A DNA stretch of 64,000 bases. Source: Lophium mytilinum (lineage: Eukaryota). Shown piece after piece: positions 51,567 through 63,757 of the stretch (the first letter of the stretch is position 1; each line of letters begins with the position of its first letter). The stretch covers positions 11,560 to 75,559 of the forward strand of contig MU004202.1 in the NCBI GenBank assembly GCA_010093605.1. The letters are read 5' to 3'. The position numbers were made by a program, and so were the translations under genes. The notes beneath the pieces are model-generated. The model was not told the DNA's origin and did not search any database. It saw only the letters and a list, made by a program, of their open reading frames with translations.

Positions 51567-52646
51567 CTAAGACCAAACATCCCCACTATAGTAGAAGCTC
51601 CCACAGTACCCGTTGATGATGGTATATCCCGTATCCGCGGCCAGCGTCTCCTTCGTCTCGACACCTCCCAGTCTCGCCGTATTACTCCCCTTATCACAAA
51701 ATTCGACCACCGTCCCATTCGTCCCGTTATAAGCAGGCACCTGGGACAGGGTGATGCGGCACTGGTTTTGGTAGTAGATGGCGCCCGCGCAATTGGTTGT
51801 CTGCACGCACGAGGCGCAGCAGTCGGAGCCGGAGGTTGCGTTGAGGATGCGCTGGCGCGTGACGTTGACGCGGGGCTGGTACTCGACTTTGAAGATGCCG
51901 CGGCCGTTGAGCTCGGAGACTGTAGGGGGTAGGATGTTAGTGGGATGCGCGATGAAGGGGAAATAGGTAGAGAGCAACTTGCCGACGTTGTTGAGGCCAC
52001 AGGCGGCGTAGATGGTGCGAGCTGGCGCGATGTTGGTGATTGTGCTCGTCACGGTCGTGGTCGTGGTGGTGTACGCGGTGATGATAGGAGCAGCAACAGT
52101 CGTGTAGGCGGTCAAAGCAGTGACCGTGGAAGTGCTGATTTGGCTGACGTAAAGGTAGGCTTCGCAGTAGACCTTGAATGGGAAGCTTAATGAGGAGATA
52201 GGGTTCGAGACGCCATTGTTGTCGAGCTCGAAGCCAGCCGCACCCGTGGCGTCGTCTTGTCGCCGAGCGAGCTCGATCCTGGAACGCTTGTTCTTGGTTT
52301 TAGCGACAGTGCCAGTGGTTTCTGCGAAGGGAACAAAGCCGGCACGTGTAGGCACGGTCACCGGAGGAAGTTGGCTAGTGACGGTCGTGTTCAAAGTCGC
52401 GGTGGTCGTGAGAACGCTCGTGAAGGTTGTAGCATTGGGAGTAATTGTGGCAATTGGGGTATACGTGATCGTTTGGCTGATGTCCCGAGTCGAAGTGATA
52501 GTCGCAATGAAGAAGGTTGATACGGTTGACGGCTTGAAAGTTGCTAGCTGGGTGTAGCAACTGAAGCTGGTGCTTGTCAAGTTGGATTGAGCCAAAGCAG
52601 CGGGCAAGCTCGCAAGCAGACCGAGAGAGAGTGCGATAGAGCGCAT
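51567..52646 (-). CDS. Secreted Ser/Thr-rich protein with C-terminal Cys-rich (apple/PAN-like) domain
   Basis: Signal peptide MRSIALSLGLLASLPAALA, Thr-rich stalk, KR/RR Kex2-like sites, YAAC..NN and DCCASC...NC....Y...C. Confidence 0.85.
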   Translation of the reverse strand: MRSIALSLGLLASLPAALAQSNLTSTSFSCYTQLATFKPSTVSTFFIATITSTRDISQTITYTPIATITPNATTFTSVLTTTATLNTTVTSQLPPVTVPTRAGFVPFAETTGTVAKTKNKRSRIELARRQDDATGAAGFELDNNGVSNPISSLSFPFKVYCEAYLYVSQISTSTVTALTAYTTVAAPIITAYTTTTTTVTSTITNIAPARTIYAACGLNNVGKLLSTYFPFIAHPTNILPPTVSELNGRGIFKVEYQPRVNVTRQRILNATSGSDCCASCVQTTNCAGAIYYQNQCRITLSQVPAYNGTNGTVVEFCDKGSNTARLGGVETKETLAADTGYTIINGYCGSFYYSGDVWS

Positions 52647-55343
52647 CTTTTGCTTTTCTTCTGAAGGATGGACTTGAGGATGATGGCAAATGAAAAGCGA
52701 GTGTTGAGGATGATTATTTGTTAAGCAGGTATCGAGAGAGGCTTTATACTCGTAATAAGAGCTTCACCCCAGCACTTACAGCATCGGCCACGCCCTCGAA
52801 AGACAGCTTGAGCTCAAAAGTCGCGTAGTAGAGTGGTGGAAGCCATTGGTTGCACCTGTGGCATCAAAGTGTGTTCTCTCGTATGTAGAGAGAAACACGG
52901 TAGACGAACACAGATTGAAACATGACACCAGCGATTTGAGGAAGAATCAAAAGTAAGACTATGATAGAGTCTTGGTCGTCCGATAGAGCTGTGCACGACG
53001 CTGATACTCGTGATCCAGAGAGGCTGGAACACTGACGAACTACATCGGGACCTGGAATAGGAGAGCTACAAGGCTGGACGGGTCCCAGAGATGATTAGCC
53101 TCAAATCCGAGTCAACATCGCGGGTTCTAGCTGCCTCATGAGACCTTGTGGGTATTGAGCCGCAGCTGACGTGCCATTCTCAGCCAATATCCGTTGAGGG
53201 AGGACGCATGGTCCTTTCTTGTCTCCTGGGGGCATATCTGTCGTAAAGCACGCTTCAAGAGGAAGGCTGGTGACACAGATGAAACATGCAGCCAAGGAGG
53301 ATTTAGAAATGACTAAAAGTGGCTTCTTCTCATTTGACTACTGAGTTCGCTTAGCCACCTAAACACTCGCCAGTTGACTTGGCTCTTACGGTACAGATCC
53401 ACGTAGAAAAGAATGGAAGCATTGCGGACCTTGAACATAATTTCGGTGGCTAGATTGGTCGTAGACAGAAAAGAAGATGGGGAAGGAATGTGGCGTAGCA
53501 AAGATATGACAGACGACGAGATGAATGACGTGAGGAGAACTCGGGCATCGTCACCTGTTCTGGAGGGTCTCTTGTTCCTGTCAGGTTCGTAAGCCACGGG
53601 AATGACAAGACGTTGATTGACATATGAGGCTCAACGTTCCCTTGCGTGGTGGCTTGCGGCTGATGCCAAGACAGGTGAGGTGCCTGAGGGCGCACGCCAC
53701 GACAGGGTCTTCAAAAGTTGAATATGTACTCTCGCGCTCATCCTTCGTAGGATTAAGGCTGGAATGGGGCAGTGTTGGAGAAGCTTACGAACCCAGGCAT
53801 CACTTCACTTCGGCGAAGTATTCAGTAAGAATGGATCATCAGACTAGCGTAGCTCCTAGCATGGCTGTTCACAAAAGAAAAGAGCTGGCATTCTGCTCAG
53901 CATGGAGAAAAGTTTAGAGAGATAGTTGGGTGGGGGCGTGAAGTTCGAAAGGTCAGTGCACCGAGACAACAGAAGCGATAAGAAAGCTCCATCAAAATCT
54001 AAGGTTAACATGCTGCATGCTGCAGGTACCGTCAATAGCGACAGCAAGCAGGTTCCGTGGTCTTGGGGATTCCAAAGATGTGTAGGTCGTCTCAGTGAGG
54101 GGAGCCGGGAGCGAAACCCACTTGCTGGGAAGAGTTCAGAAAACACCCACGAGAGGACAAGGACAGTCAGTGGGACCATGCCCATTGACCAATTGGGGCA
54201 GGAGGACAGCACTGGAGCCAATGACAGTCAAGGGAGGGAGAAGATAGCAACTGCTATGTGACTTCCGGGAGGCTCGCATGAGACGGGCTATTGCTATCAG
54301 CCCACATCCCGATGCTGAGGGGTGCGCCTGGGGTGAAACGCTTCATGGACTCCGGAAGCGGCGGCAAGCTGTTAGTATACGTGAGACTGTACGCAGGCGG
54401 TGCGCTCGTGTGGTTGTGCGGCGATGATGCAGCTGCAGTGTGGTCTGGATTCGATTCGCGTCAACAAACACCACAGCTAGAGACTCTGGGGGTATCGCGC
54501 GTGCTGGGCGGGGCGGTCAGGAGCAGCACCAGATTGACGACTCGGCCTTCCGGAACCACGATAGCAGCTGGTGCGGTCTGTAGGGCATGGGAGCTGAGGG
54601 CGGGGATGGGTGGATAGGACAGAACGCGTCTGGGTTTCGGGGGTATAGCTCAACGCGACTTGCAGGTTGGTGCAGGACAGGCGCCCTTGCATCGTCATCG
54701 CTGTCCAATAGTTCGTCCGCGGGCGTGTTCCTTGCCTCGACTCGCTGCCTTTGTGCCTTGGCCGAAACGAAGCCCCGCGACCCGAGTGCAAGCTGCTGCT
54801 GCTCTGCCGTGTTCCCAGGCTGCTCCTCGCTTTCCCACTTGCCAGCTCACCACCACCTCCCTTTCCACTCCCTTTCCACAAACCCTTCTCCACATTCAAC
54901 ACCCAACATCGACAGTCACACAGTGTTAAAGACTGCATCCACCAGCTCTCGGCCTGCCCGACAGTTTCATTGCTTCAGCCAGCCTCTGCCGCCAATCCGC
55001 CATTATTGCGCCCGGACCATCTCGATTTTAGCGCCATCATCAAGCCGAAGCTCCAGATCTCCTGCCTCCGAACGCCCATCCCCGATCATCACCTCTCCTC
55101 GCCGCCACGACCCACACACCGTTTCTCTCACCTCCATTGCAGCACCGCCGACACCTTCTCCAACGTCTCCGTCACGTCCAACGTCAACATCAACACCGCC
55201 GCGCGCTCGACGCCTCGTCAAAACACCGTGATCGAAACCTGCTGGAGCCGCCGCACTACCGCTCAATTCGCCCATATTAACGCGATTTCACGCGTCATTC
55301 ACCTTCTCGAGTCTGTTGGAGGTCTTTCTGGGCCTCCCCGCTC

Positions 55344-57590
55344 ATGAAGGCCATGGCCTCAACCCGTCGCCAGCCCGCTCTGCAGATTTTTCAGGATCCC
55401 GTCTCACCAAGCCACAATGAAGTCGCTGGCTTCGAAGCACAACTCCTCTCCGCCCTGGGACCCATCACCGACGTGTCATTCGACCACCACACCCTCCTGA
55501 ACCCGCCAGACTCGCAGGAGAACCTCCCCTCACCGCGCAAAACGAACCGCGTCTCCAGCTCTCCACCTCCACACGCCCTCTCCGAGGCTTCGCTCAACGC
55601 CATTTCCATCCCACCTCCCTCCGAAGGCGTCTTCGCCACCGACTCCCCAATGAAGCGTGTTCCTCGCCCACAGCAGAAGCAGGCAAAGCTGCTTGCCAAG
55701 GATCCAAACGCCCTTTTCACTACCTTTCCGTCCGCCCAGTTCGATAAGGAGAACGCGTACTCAGCCTTGCCCACTGTACCATACTCAGATCCCATCTACG
55801 GCCAGAAGGGAGCCGGAAAGCGCACCTTGATGGACGCTGCTCCTCTCCGCGACCGCAAGGACAAGAAGCCAAAGACTACCGATGACGACATCAGTCCACT
55901 TCCCGATTGGGATCAGATGCCCGATGTTGAAGACGATGGCGGTAAGCCACCATTCAGCTACGCTAACCTCATCGGTATGGCCATCCTACGATCTCCACAA
56001 CGTCGATTGACCCTCGCCCAAATCTACAAGTGGATCTCGGACAACTTCGTCTACTACCGCCAACCCGAGACAGGATGGCAGAACAGCATCAGGCATAACC
56101 TCAGCCTGAGCAAGACCTTCCTTAAGCAGGAACGACCAAAGGATGATCCCGGAAAGGGCAACTACTGGTACATCAAGCCTGGATGTGAGAAGGCCTATCA
56201 CAAGGCGAAGTCATCGCGTCGTATCACCAATCCCGACGGCTTCGTCAACTCGAGTGGGAACCTGCCACGCCCTTCCACCTCCTCTGGAGAGCGTTCGTTT
56301 GCTGTTGAGTCTAGCGCTGTAAAGAATGTCGACTCGGCCAAATTCCCGGATGAGACAGAGCTGTCATCAGACGCCACCATCCCTTGCTCGGACCCAGCTG
56401 CACACGACGGCCAGCAGGTCGAGCACCATATGCCACCTCCATCGCGCACTCAAATTCCCTCGTCTCCACCGCCCGCGGATATTCACTCCTCCCCGCCTCC
56501 GCCCATCACGCGTTCTATGCGCGAAGGCACGCCCCCACGCGTGCCTCGCTACCCCACCCAGAGCCGTTCTGGCGGACGGAAGCGCAAGTTCGGTGGACTA
56601 GGCGACAGCGGCTACTACTCCTCCATTGAGTCGTCTGCTATGAAAGGCAACCCACTGGGCGCGCTCTTGACTTCTGAGGCTGACATCGACCGTCCCGTCA
56701 TCAAGCGAGGACGCGCTGAGGAGGAAATTGCTCGTATTCGTGGATCGTCATACGAGAGCCCTTCGAAGACGCGTTCTTTCCTGAAGCCACCAACCACTTC
56801 CGGAATCCCGTCTTCTTCGCCCTTCCGGGGGTTCGGCGCGAATGTTGAGGATCCTCTCACTCCTGCTGTCATCTTCAAGCGACCAACCCTCCCACCGCAA
56901 TCCGTCTCTCCCAACACCAACCTTCGCAACCACCGCAACCGCATCCGTGAGATGCTTGGTGGCTCGCCAGACCAAACCTTGGGCATTATGATCGACCCTC
57001 CTTTCTCCTATCAAAATCCGTATAGCCCAGCTGTCCAGATCCCGAACGAAGAAAGCTTCAACCTTCACGAAAATGGTTTCCATGACAACTTTGACGTCTT
57101 CGCCGAACTCACCAATCAGGACTCCCCGTCGAGGCCATCAGCAAAACGACCACGTCTGGAACGTGCGGCAACCACATCTGGCATTCTCGCCGACATCACT
57201 GGCACCAAGTCGAACGCTCGCCCGAGCACTTTGACACCAGGCAGCTGGAAATCTCCCTTCCTGAACTTCCCTGCTCTTCAATCACCACGCTTCTCCCTCT
57301 CGCCCGTGAAGGCACCCACTTCAAACCCGCTCCAGCTGCCCGAGTCCAATCCGAACGACCTCCCAGAGCTGAACTACAGCCCTTTCAAGTTCGACATGCC
57401 CCAGGGCGAGGACCTCACCCAGCACGACGACTTCTTCGGCGTCAACATCCCCAGCGACGAATCCGACGAACCGAGCTATGACATCCTGAAAGCCTACCCT
57501 CGCATCGGCGCTGCCACGGTCGCACCGAACGGCTCCCCATCCAAGCCAACACGCGCTCCATTTGCTCGCAGCACCACGACGCGCTTCTAG
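55344..57590 (+). CDS. sep1: Forkhead transcription factor (Sep1/Hcm1-like)
   Basis: [58 protein letters not shown]; single 748-aa ORF with many SP/TP sites; no FHA domain seen. Confidence 0.9.
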   Translation: MKAMASTRRQPALQIFQDPVSPSHNEVAGFEAQLLSALGPITDVSFDHHTLLNPPDSQENLPSPRKTNRVSSSPPPHALSEASLNAISIPPPSEGVFATDSPMKRVPRPQQKQAKLLAKDPNALFTTFPSAQFDKENAYSALPTVPYSDPIYGQKGAGKRTLMDAAPLRDRKDKKPKTTDDDISPLPDWDQMPDVEDDGGKPPFSYANLIGMAILRSPQRRLTLAQIYKWISDNFVYYRQPETGWQNSIRHNLSLSKTFLKQERPKDDPGKGNYWYIKPGCEKAYHKAKSSRRITNPDGFVNSSGNLPRPSTSSGERSFAVESSAVKNVDSAKFPDETELSSDATIPCSDPAAHDGQQVEHHMPPPSRTQIPSSPPPADIHSSPPPPITRSMREGTPPRVPRYPTQSRSGGRKRKFGGLGDSGYYSSIESSAMKGNPLGALLTSEADIDRPVIKRGRAEEEIARIRGSSYESPSKTRSFLKPPTTSGIPSSSPFRGFGANVEDPLTPAVIFKRPTLPPQSVSPNTNLRNHRNRIREMLGGSPDQTLGIMIDPPFSYQNPYSPAVQIPNEESFNLHENGFHDNFDVFAELTNQDSPSRPSAKRPRLERAATTSGILADITGTKSNARPSTLTPGSWKSPFLNFPALQSPRFSLSPVKAPTSNPLQLPESNPNDLPELNYSPFKFDMPQGEDLTQHDDFFGVNIPSDESDEPSYDILKAYPRIGAATVAPNGSPSKPTRAPFARSTTTRF

Positions 57591-58240
57591 TTGGATACCC
57601 GACGCGTTGGATACACGCGAAATCACCCTTACTTTCTCCACACACTTTTGAAATGTTCTGGCTAAGCGCTTGAAACCTGAACGATGAAACGACTATGATA
57701 CCCATGACTGACCTCCTTGGGTGACACTCCGGCGCCGGCCTGTCTCTTTCTTCTTTCATTGGGAGCTTTGGACCTACTTTTCTTTTTCCTCTTTCTTTTT
57801 CTTCTGCGGCTTTGCTTCTTTTACTTTGCGTTACGAGTGGTTGGGTAGCACGCTAATTGGGTCATGAAATGTGACGCCGTGGTGGTACCTGGTTATTATG
57901 GTTGCTTGTGTTTACATCTGCGTCTGGGTTGTACATAACTTTAATGAATTCCCTAGGATCTGGGGGCATGGGGTGCCTGCTTTTACGGCTTTTTGTTCAC
58001 GGCTTGGGGGGGTATACGTGATGCTAAGGGACTGGTTCTGCTTGATGGAACGGCTAGATGAATGAAGCAAAGTACAGTTATTGAAGATCTTGCGCATGTG
58101 ATGGTTATGGGGGTTGTTCTGATTGATGGAATTGATGGGATGTGAATGAGGCGCTGTATGCTTGTTGACGCCACGTGGTAATCGCACGTGATGTAACTTC
58201 TTGTGCTTGTAGTTCCTAAGCTGTAAATCGGAGTGCGCAG

Positions 58241-58890
58241 ATGAGCGTGCTGGGTGTGTGTATGGTATGCTATGGCACTCCTTGGTGTTGCACCTTTTCA
58301 ACTTGTGGATGTCATGTTCCAAAGGCCGTGGACTAGACCTTCTAGTTTGCTTATTGAGAATTGCTTAGGCAGATCGAATCGCACGGGAGAGCTAAGCTCG
58401 CTGGGGTGTGTATAGCATAGTAGGACACCCCCGGAGGTATTCGATTTTCGATCTATGGATGTTTTGATCTAGAGACCGTGAATTAGACCACGCGACTTGA
58501 TCGCTGTGGAAGTGATAGGAGCTTCAAATTATGGTAAGGAGTGAGTCTGCTAGGGGTGTCTCCAGCATATTAGGACACCCCTGGAGGTATTGGTGTTTGG
58601 ATTCGTGGATGTCATATTCTAGGGGTCGTAAATTAGGCCCTATGACTTGAAAGTTGCAGAAACGATTGGTTCTGGACATCGAGGTAGCAAGTCGTGTCCG
58701 CTGGGGGTATGTATAGCAGATCATGGCACCCTTGGGCGCAATGTTTTTTGAGTTCGTGGATGTCATGTTCTAGAGGTCGTGGATCAGCCGCATGACTTCA
58801 AAGCTACGGAAACGGCTAATCCTATATATCGAGCTATATTGACGAGTCTATTGGGAGTGTAGACACTATATTGGCGTACCCCTAGAGGTA
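58241..58890. repeat. Degenerate tandem array of ~150-bp units (about 4.3 copies)
   Basis: tggatgt at 58306, 58456, 58606 and 58757 (periods 150, 150, 151); taggacaccc at 58421 and 58571; gactt at 58494, 58644 and 58794. Confidence 0.9.
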
Positions 58891-59035
58891 AGGAGGAGAA
58901 GAAGAAGGAGAAGAAGAAGAAGAAGAAGAAGAAGAAGGAGGAGAAGAAGGAGAAGAAGGAGAAGAAGGAGAAGAAGGAGAAGAAGGAGAAGAAGGAGAAG
59001 AAGGAGAAGAAGGAGAAGAAGGAGAAGAAGGAGAA
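58891..59035 (+). repeat. Compound purine microsatellite (GAA)n/(GGAGAAGAA)n
   Basis: About 145 nt of pure purine triplet/9-mer repeats. Confidence 0.95.
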
Positions 59036-60560
59036 ATAGAGACGGAAGAGGAACCAGTGAGTACAACTCCTATTAACTGCAGCTTGAGCATCGGCTGATA
59101 TCCATGTAGCCTGCCCCCGCCCCAAATCGCCGCAAGGCGAACGACCACGACCACGACCACGGTGATGACGATGACGACGACGACGACAACACCAAGGTCG
59201 AGAAGAAGGCAGACGAGGGCATGGTGGAGTGGATGGACGAGCAGAAGAGGCTCGAGATTGCGGCCTATCGTAAGTAGTAAATACGCAGTTGATGTGACTT
59301 GTACTAACACATGTGCCGTAAAAGGCCCATCCAGCGCAAGCGAGGACCCGGTTGCCCAATGGTAGGATCAGCAGTCGGACGAGGTAGAGTTATGTGGTTG
59401 CATATCAGAAGGCACTATGGAGCTGTGAATGGAGCTGTAGAGGCGAGTACGTTGGGGGGGATATCGGGGTGAAGGAGGCGGTCATGGGGATTTGACGGGA
59501 TGTAGGTTGAGAATCGGGAGGCACTGTATGGGTGAATAGATATTGCTTGATAGGGAACATGGTCTTGAGAGTGAGATAGCTTTGTAGGGAGGGCCCTGGT
59601 TAGTAAGTAGTGGAGAAGGAAAAGAAAACACTGGGTCGAAGTGGGATGCCGATTACATCGTGTTAGGTTATTGGGGGGTTTATGGGGGATGGATTATAGA
59701 GCAGCGGAAAGCCTCTTTTATGGTAGATATAATCTGCGAAACTATTAAGACTTCAAAATCATGACTACCTAAGTCGCAATTCAACCTTACCCTTAATTTC
59801 CTTAGGCGACTTTTGGTATAATCGAGCCCTCTGTGTCCTCAGGCGACCGCTGGTTCAAAAGGCGCGTGGTTTCTTGCTTTTGGTTTTTAGACTGGGTGAT
59901 ATGTTTTGCTTTTACGGTTGTAGTCCTACCGCATGCAGTGAAAGGATGGACGCGGAAATCTGGAAGAAGAGTGTGTATTGACTGATTTGATGGGTTGTTT
60001 TGGATTCTACCTGACTATCTAATAGCTCGGGGTCCAGTCTTGCTCACTCGACGCCACTGTTAGGAGAATCCCGCATGGTAGACAGCTGGTCAGTCAAGCG
60101 CTAGTCAAATCTGCACTGTAATGGCCTTTAAAGCTTGTTGACAGTCTGAATATGAATGAGTATGCTTATGCCAAGAAAACAGAATGATCAGATCCCGTTG
60201 GTATCGAGTGAGTGACGACACACCTTTTTCCCAGATTCTTCGAGCTTGAAATCAGATCCAAGATCGTGAAGCTAAGTCCAGCATAACGCAGCCGTATCCC
60301 AGAATCAAAGCTAGAAAAGGCCAATGATTTGAACGCAGGCGTGGGTATCCTTTTCCCTGCGGCAATCTGTAGTCGTACAGCCGATGCCGTTGCCTCAGGG
60401 TATAACAGTTCGTCCTCCACAGATGACTTATTCCTCTGTCAAGATGGCCCAATCAGCCAGCCCGTTCCCTCATTTCCAGCCAATAAGATAGGGGGTTAGT
60501 CTTTCTGTTGCGTTCCACTCGGATAGTATCGTGGTGTTGATGCCAGTAGAAGACGGCGGC

Positions 60561-61072
60561 CTAGTCCCCAGAAGAGCATCCCCGGCACCCACAGCTCACA
60601 CACTGAATATCCTGTCCATCCTTCAGCTGCTCCCTAGGCACACGGCAGATGCAGGTGGAGCTGAAATTCGTCTCTTTGGTTTGGATGCAGCGGACACAGC
60701 ATAGCTACATCAGATGCATTAGCCTCCATCTCACTTCTGCCTTCCGCTACTTCAGGATGTACGTACCTTCTCATACCCCATCTTCTTCCACTTCGCGATA
60801 AGCATCGCATCCGCGTACCCGTTCTTGATCAACCAGTCATACAACGTCTTGCTAATCGCCTCCTTCTCGTAGTACAGGTCGTAGATGTAGCGGCTCCGCT
60901 GATGCGTGATCTGGAAGATCGGCCATAGTGTTTCGTACTTCTTCTTCCCTTCATGAGAGGCGTTCTCGGCGTCCTTCATCTTGTTGCTGAATTCGAGGAG
61001 GGTGTCCTCGATGTCGCTGAAGCCTTCTGGGGGCGGCTTGCGAGAGCGCGCATGGGTACGGGTTGGGGGCAT
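60561..61072 (-). CDS. BUD31: Pre-mRNA splicing factor Bud31/Cwc14 (G10)
   Basis: [48 protein letters not shown]...CICRVP...CVSCGCRGC; intron 60705-60766. Confidence 0.97.
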
Positions 61073-61303
61073 GGTTGCGGTGGGACGAAGTTGGCGATCT
61101 CACGCAAGTAGGGTGGTGGTGAGAAGTCGAACAAATAAATAGCAAGCTGCAGTCGTGGTGTTGAAGAAGTGATGTCAAGGTGGGCGAGCGCATAACTTTC
61201 ATTAAATTCACCGCTTAGTCACCCGCCCGTCAAGCTCGCGGGCGCGGAGCCGCAACTTCAACCCACCACTCCTCTCACCCGCCCAGCTCCCACGCCGCCC
61301 ACC

Positions 61304-61995
61304 ATGATTAACCCGACCTACCTCGCTGTGCGGACGCGCTCGTGTATGTTTTCTATCTAGAGAGGGTTTGGACTGAAAGCTAACAATGCATAGCGGCCAA
61401 TTGGGGCGATGCGAAGACGAGGGTCATACATTCGTACCGGGACTGGATCAGATCTGTATGTGTGCCCTCTCAGAGCATCCAATGGAATCGAATGACACAC
61501 CGGAGTCATGTGAAATCCGATTGAGGGAATTGGGTGGCCTTGGATATGGGATATGGGCTAACGGAGTCCCGACACAGGCACCTGAGGTCCAACAAATGTA
61601 CACTCTCAGCCTCCCCGTCTCGACTATTCGAACAAAGATACGGCAAGAATTTGAAAGGCATCGCTATGTGGCACAGTTGAAGACGGTAGACGTGTTGCTG
61701 TTCAATTCCCACCAGGAGTATCAGGTACGGACCCGCATACATATTCCAGGACACACCGGATACAAGGAAACGGGCTAGGAGCATAGCAAAGTTCTAATTG
61801 GTGGACAGGAGACATTGAACTACTGGAAGCAGCTCACACACGTGCTGAAGTACTTCCGCACGGAGGAGGAGCCGAAGGCAAGGCTGCCGGCGAACTTCAT
61901 CAGTGGGTTCTTGGAGGTACGATTCCCGAATCCTTCACCGCGAACAGGCACTTGGAAGAAAATTAGAGCTAACGGGTATATAGGGAAGGAACTAG
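61304..61995 (+). CDS. NDUFA6: NADH:ubiquinone oxidoreductase 14.8 kDa subunit (NDUFA6/B14, LYR family)
   Basis: [39 protein letters not shown]...IRQEFERHR...[14 protein letters not shown]...FLE|GRN*; four introns. Confidence 0.93.
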
Positions 61996-62160
61996 ATCCA
62001 CCCTACTCGAGTCATAAGGGGGATCGAAATCAAAAGACTTTGTACATATGCCAGCCAATACCATTTTCCTTGCCGTACGCCATCCATAGTTCGAACAGTG
62101 CAGATCAACGCCTGTGGATGCATTCAAACTCGTATCTCGCCATCCAGAAGAAAAAGCTTG

Positions 62161-62768
62161 TTAAGTGCCGCTCGCCTTCTGAGCATTGAATTCGTCCCGT
62201 GCGATGGTGAACTTGTCCATCACGACGTCGCAGAGGTCCGAGAGGTCGTTCAGCCCTTTTTCGAGGACATCGTAGACGCTTACTTTATCTTTCTGCAGTG
62301 TTAGATGGAAGAAGAAGATGCTATGGGAAACTCAAAGGAGCTTGTACGAACCATATGTCTGGATACGGAGATGCATTTTTGCTTCTGATGGATGTGGAAT
62401 AGAGTAGCCACAGAACTCGACATCGGGGCTTGGTGGTGTTAGTAGCTTCTTTGGCTTGTAGTAGGAAATGAATGGAGATAGAGCACTTACTTCTTCATGA
62501 TGATATACCGCAGCGCATTGCCCAACGTGTGATCCTCGTTCTCGAATTCGAAAGAAGCTGCCTCTTCTGTTGAACCGGGAAGCTACAACGCGTCTCATCA
62601 GCCAAAGTGCTCTTACATTCAAACTGCAATAGATCTTCTTCATTTGTAGTCACGTACCACCCTAACCCGCTGCTCCTCCGCCTCTTCCGGTGCTGGACTC
62701 TCCACCGCGCCCTCCTCCGCCGGCGCATCTACCATAGTCGCATCGGTATCACGAGTGGCTGACGGCAT
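62161..62768 (-). CDS. RPC19: RNA polymerases I and III shared subunit AC19/RPAC2
   Basis: ASFEFENEDHTLGNALRYIIMK|NPDVEFCGYSIPHPSE.KMHLRIQT, LEKGLNDLSDLCDVV; three introns. Confidence 0.95.
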
Positions 62769-63013
62769 TTCGAGAGAATATCGTAAGATCGTTACCCCGC
62801 TATATTGTTGTACGAAGGCAGTGGTGAAATCGTGGGTAGTGGTTGTAAAATTTAGAGCTTCTTATCTAATCAGGTCCCGCGATTCATTCATTCGTCACCA
62901 GTGGAAAAAGTTCCCCGCCGCCACAAAGAACCTCACCCCCATCCCATACACAACCGCAATTGCTCCTCGAACGTCTCCTAAGCCTCTCCGAATACCCTCG
63001 CGATACTGTAAAT

Positions 63014-63757
63014 ATGGCTTCCGAACGGAGAACAACGACGCTGAAGCGCGACACAAACGAAACGAAGATCTCCCTCGCGCTTTCGCTGGACGGCGGTCCC
63101 GTTCCATCGCTCGACGGGGAGGAAGAGGCGGCAAGCACAAATGGCGAGGCTAAGGGCCATGCGGCACAGGTCTCTAAGAGCCAGACGATAGATGTAGACT
63201 CCGGTATCGGCTTTCTGGACCATATGATCCATGCGCTGGCGAAGCATGCGGGATGGAGTTTGAGAATTAGGTGTCGGGGAGATTTGCACAGTACGCTTGA
63301 CAGGTTGATACTGATCATACAAAGACTCTGACATAGTACGTGTGCAGTCGACGACCACCACACAGCCGAAGACACCTTCATCGCGCTCGGCACCGCCTTC
63401 AAAACCTCCCTCGGCTCCTCTACTGGTCTCGCCCGCTTCGGTAGCGCGTACTGTCCGCTTGACGAAGCCCTTTCTCGCGCCGTTATTGATCTATCGAATC
63501 GCCCATACTCCGTAATAGATCTTGGCTTGAAGAGGGAAAAGATTGGGGATCTGAGCTGCGAGATGATACCACATTGCCTTCAGAGCTTTGCGCAGGCGGC
63601 GGGGGTTACGCTGCATGTGGATTGCTTGAGGGGGGATAATGATCATCATCGCGCGGAAAGTGCGTTCAAGGCCCTGGCTGTTGCAACGAGGATGGCCACG
63701 ACGAGGGTCGTGGGGCGAGAGGGGGAGGTGATGAGTACAAAAGGGGTGCTATATTGA
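63014..63757 (+). CDS. HIS3: Imidazoleglycerol-phosphate dehydratase
   Basis: [37 protein letters not shown] and [14 protein letters not shown]; intron 63291-63347. Confidence 0.98.

Noticed and set aside
52800..55340. Numerous 60-210 aa ORFs upstream of the forkhead gene
   Set aside because: Overlapping in all frames, many with non-ATG starts, no domain features; consistent with GC-rich promoter/UTR.
58241..58890. CRISPR-like array
   Set aside because: Eukaryotic context, whole units are homologous (no unique spacers), and no cas genes.
58866..59359. Minus-strand poly-Leu, poly-Phe/Ser and poly-SPS ORFs
   Set aside because: Artefacts of the stop-free microsatellite; splice signals point to the plus strand.
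60114..60125. CACTGTAATGGC resembling the 5' end of fungal SRP RNA
   Set aside because: No helix 6 or helix 8 motif found downstream.
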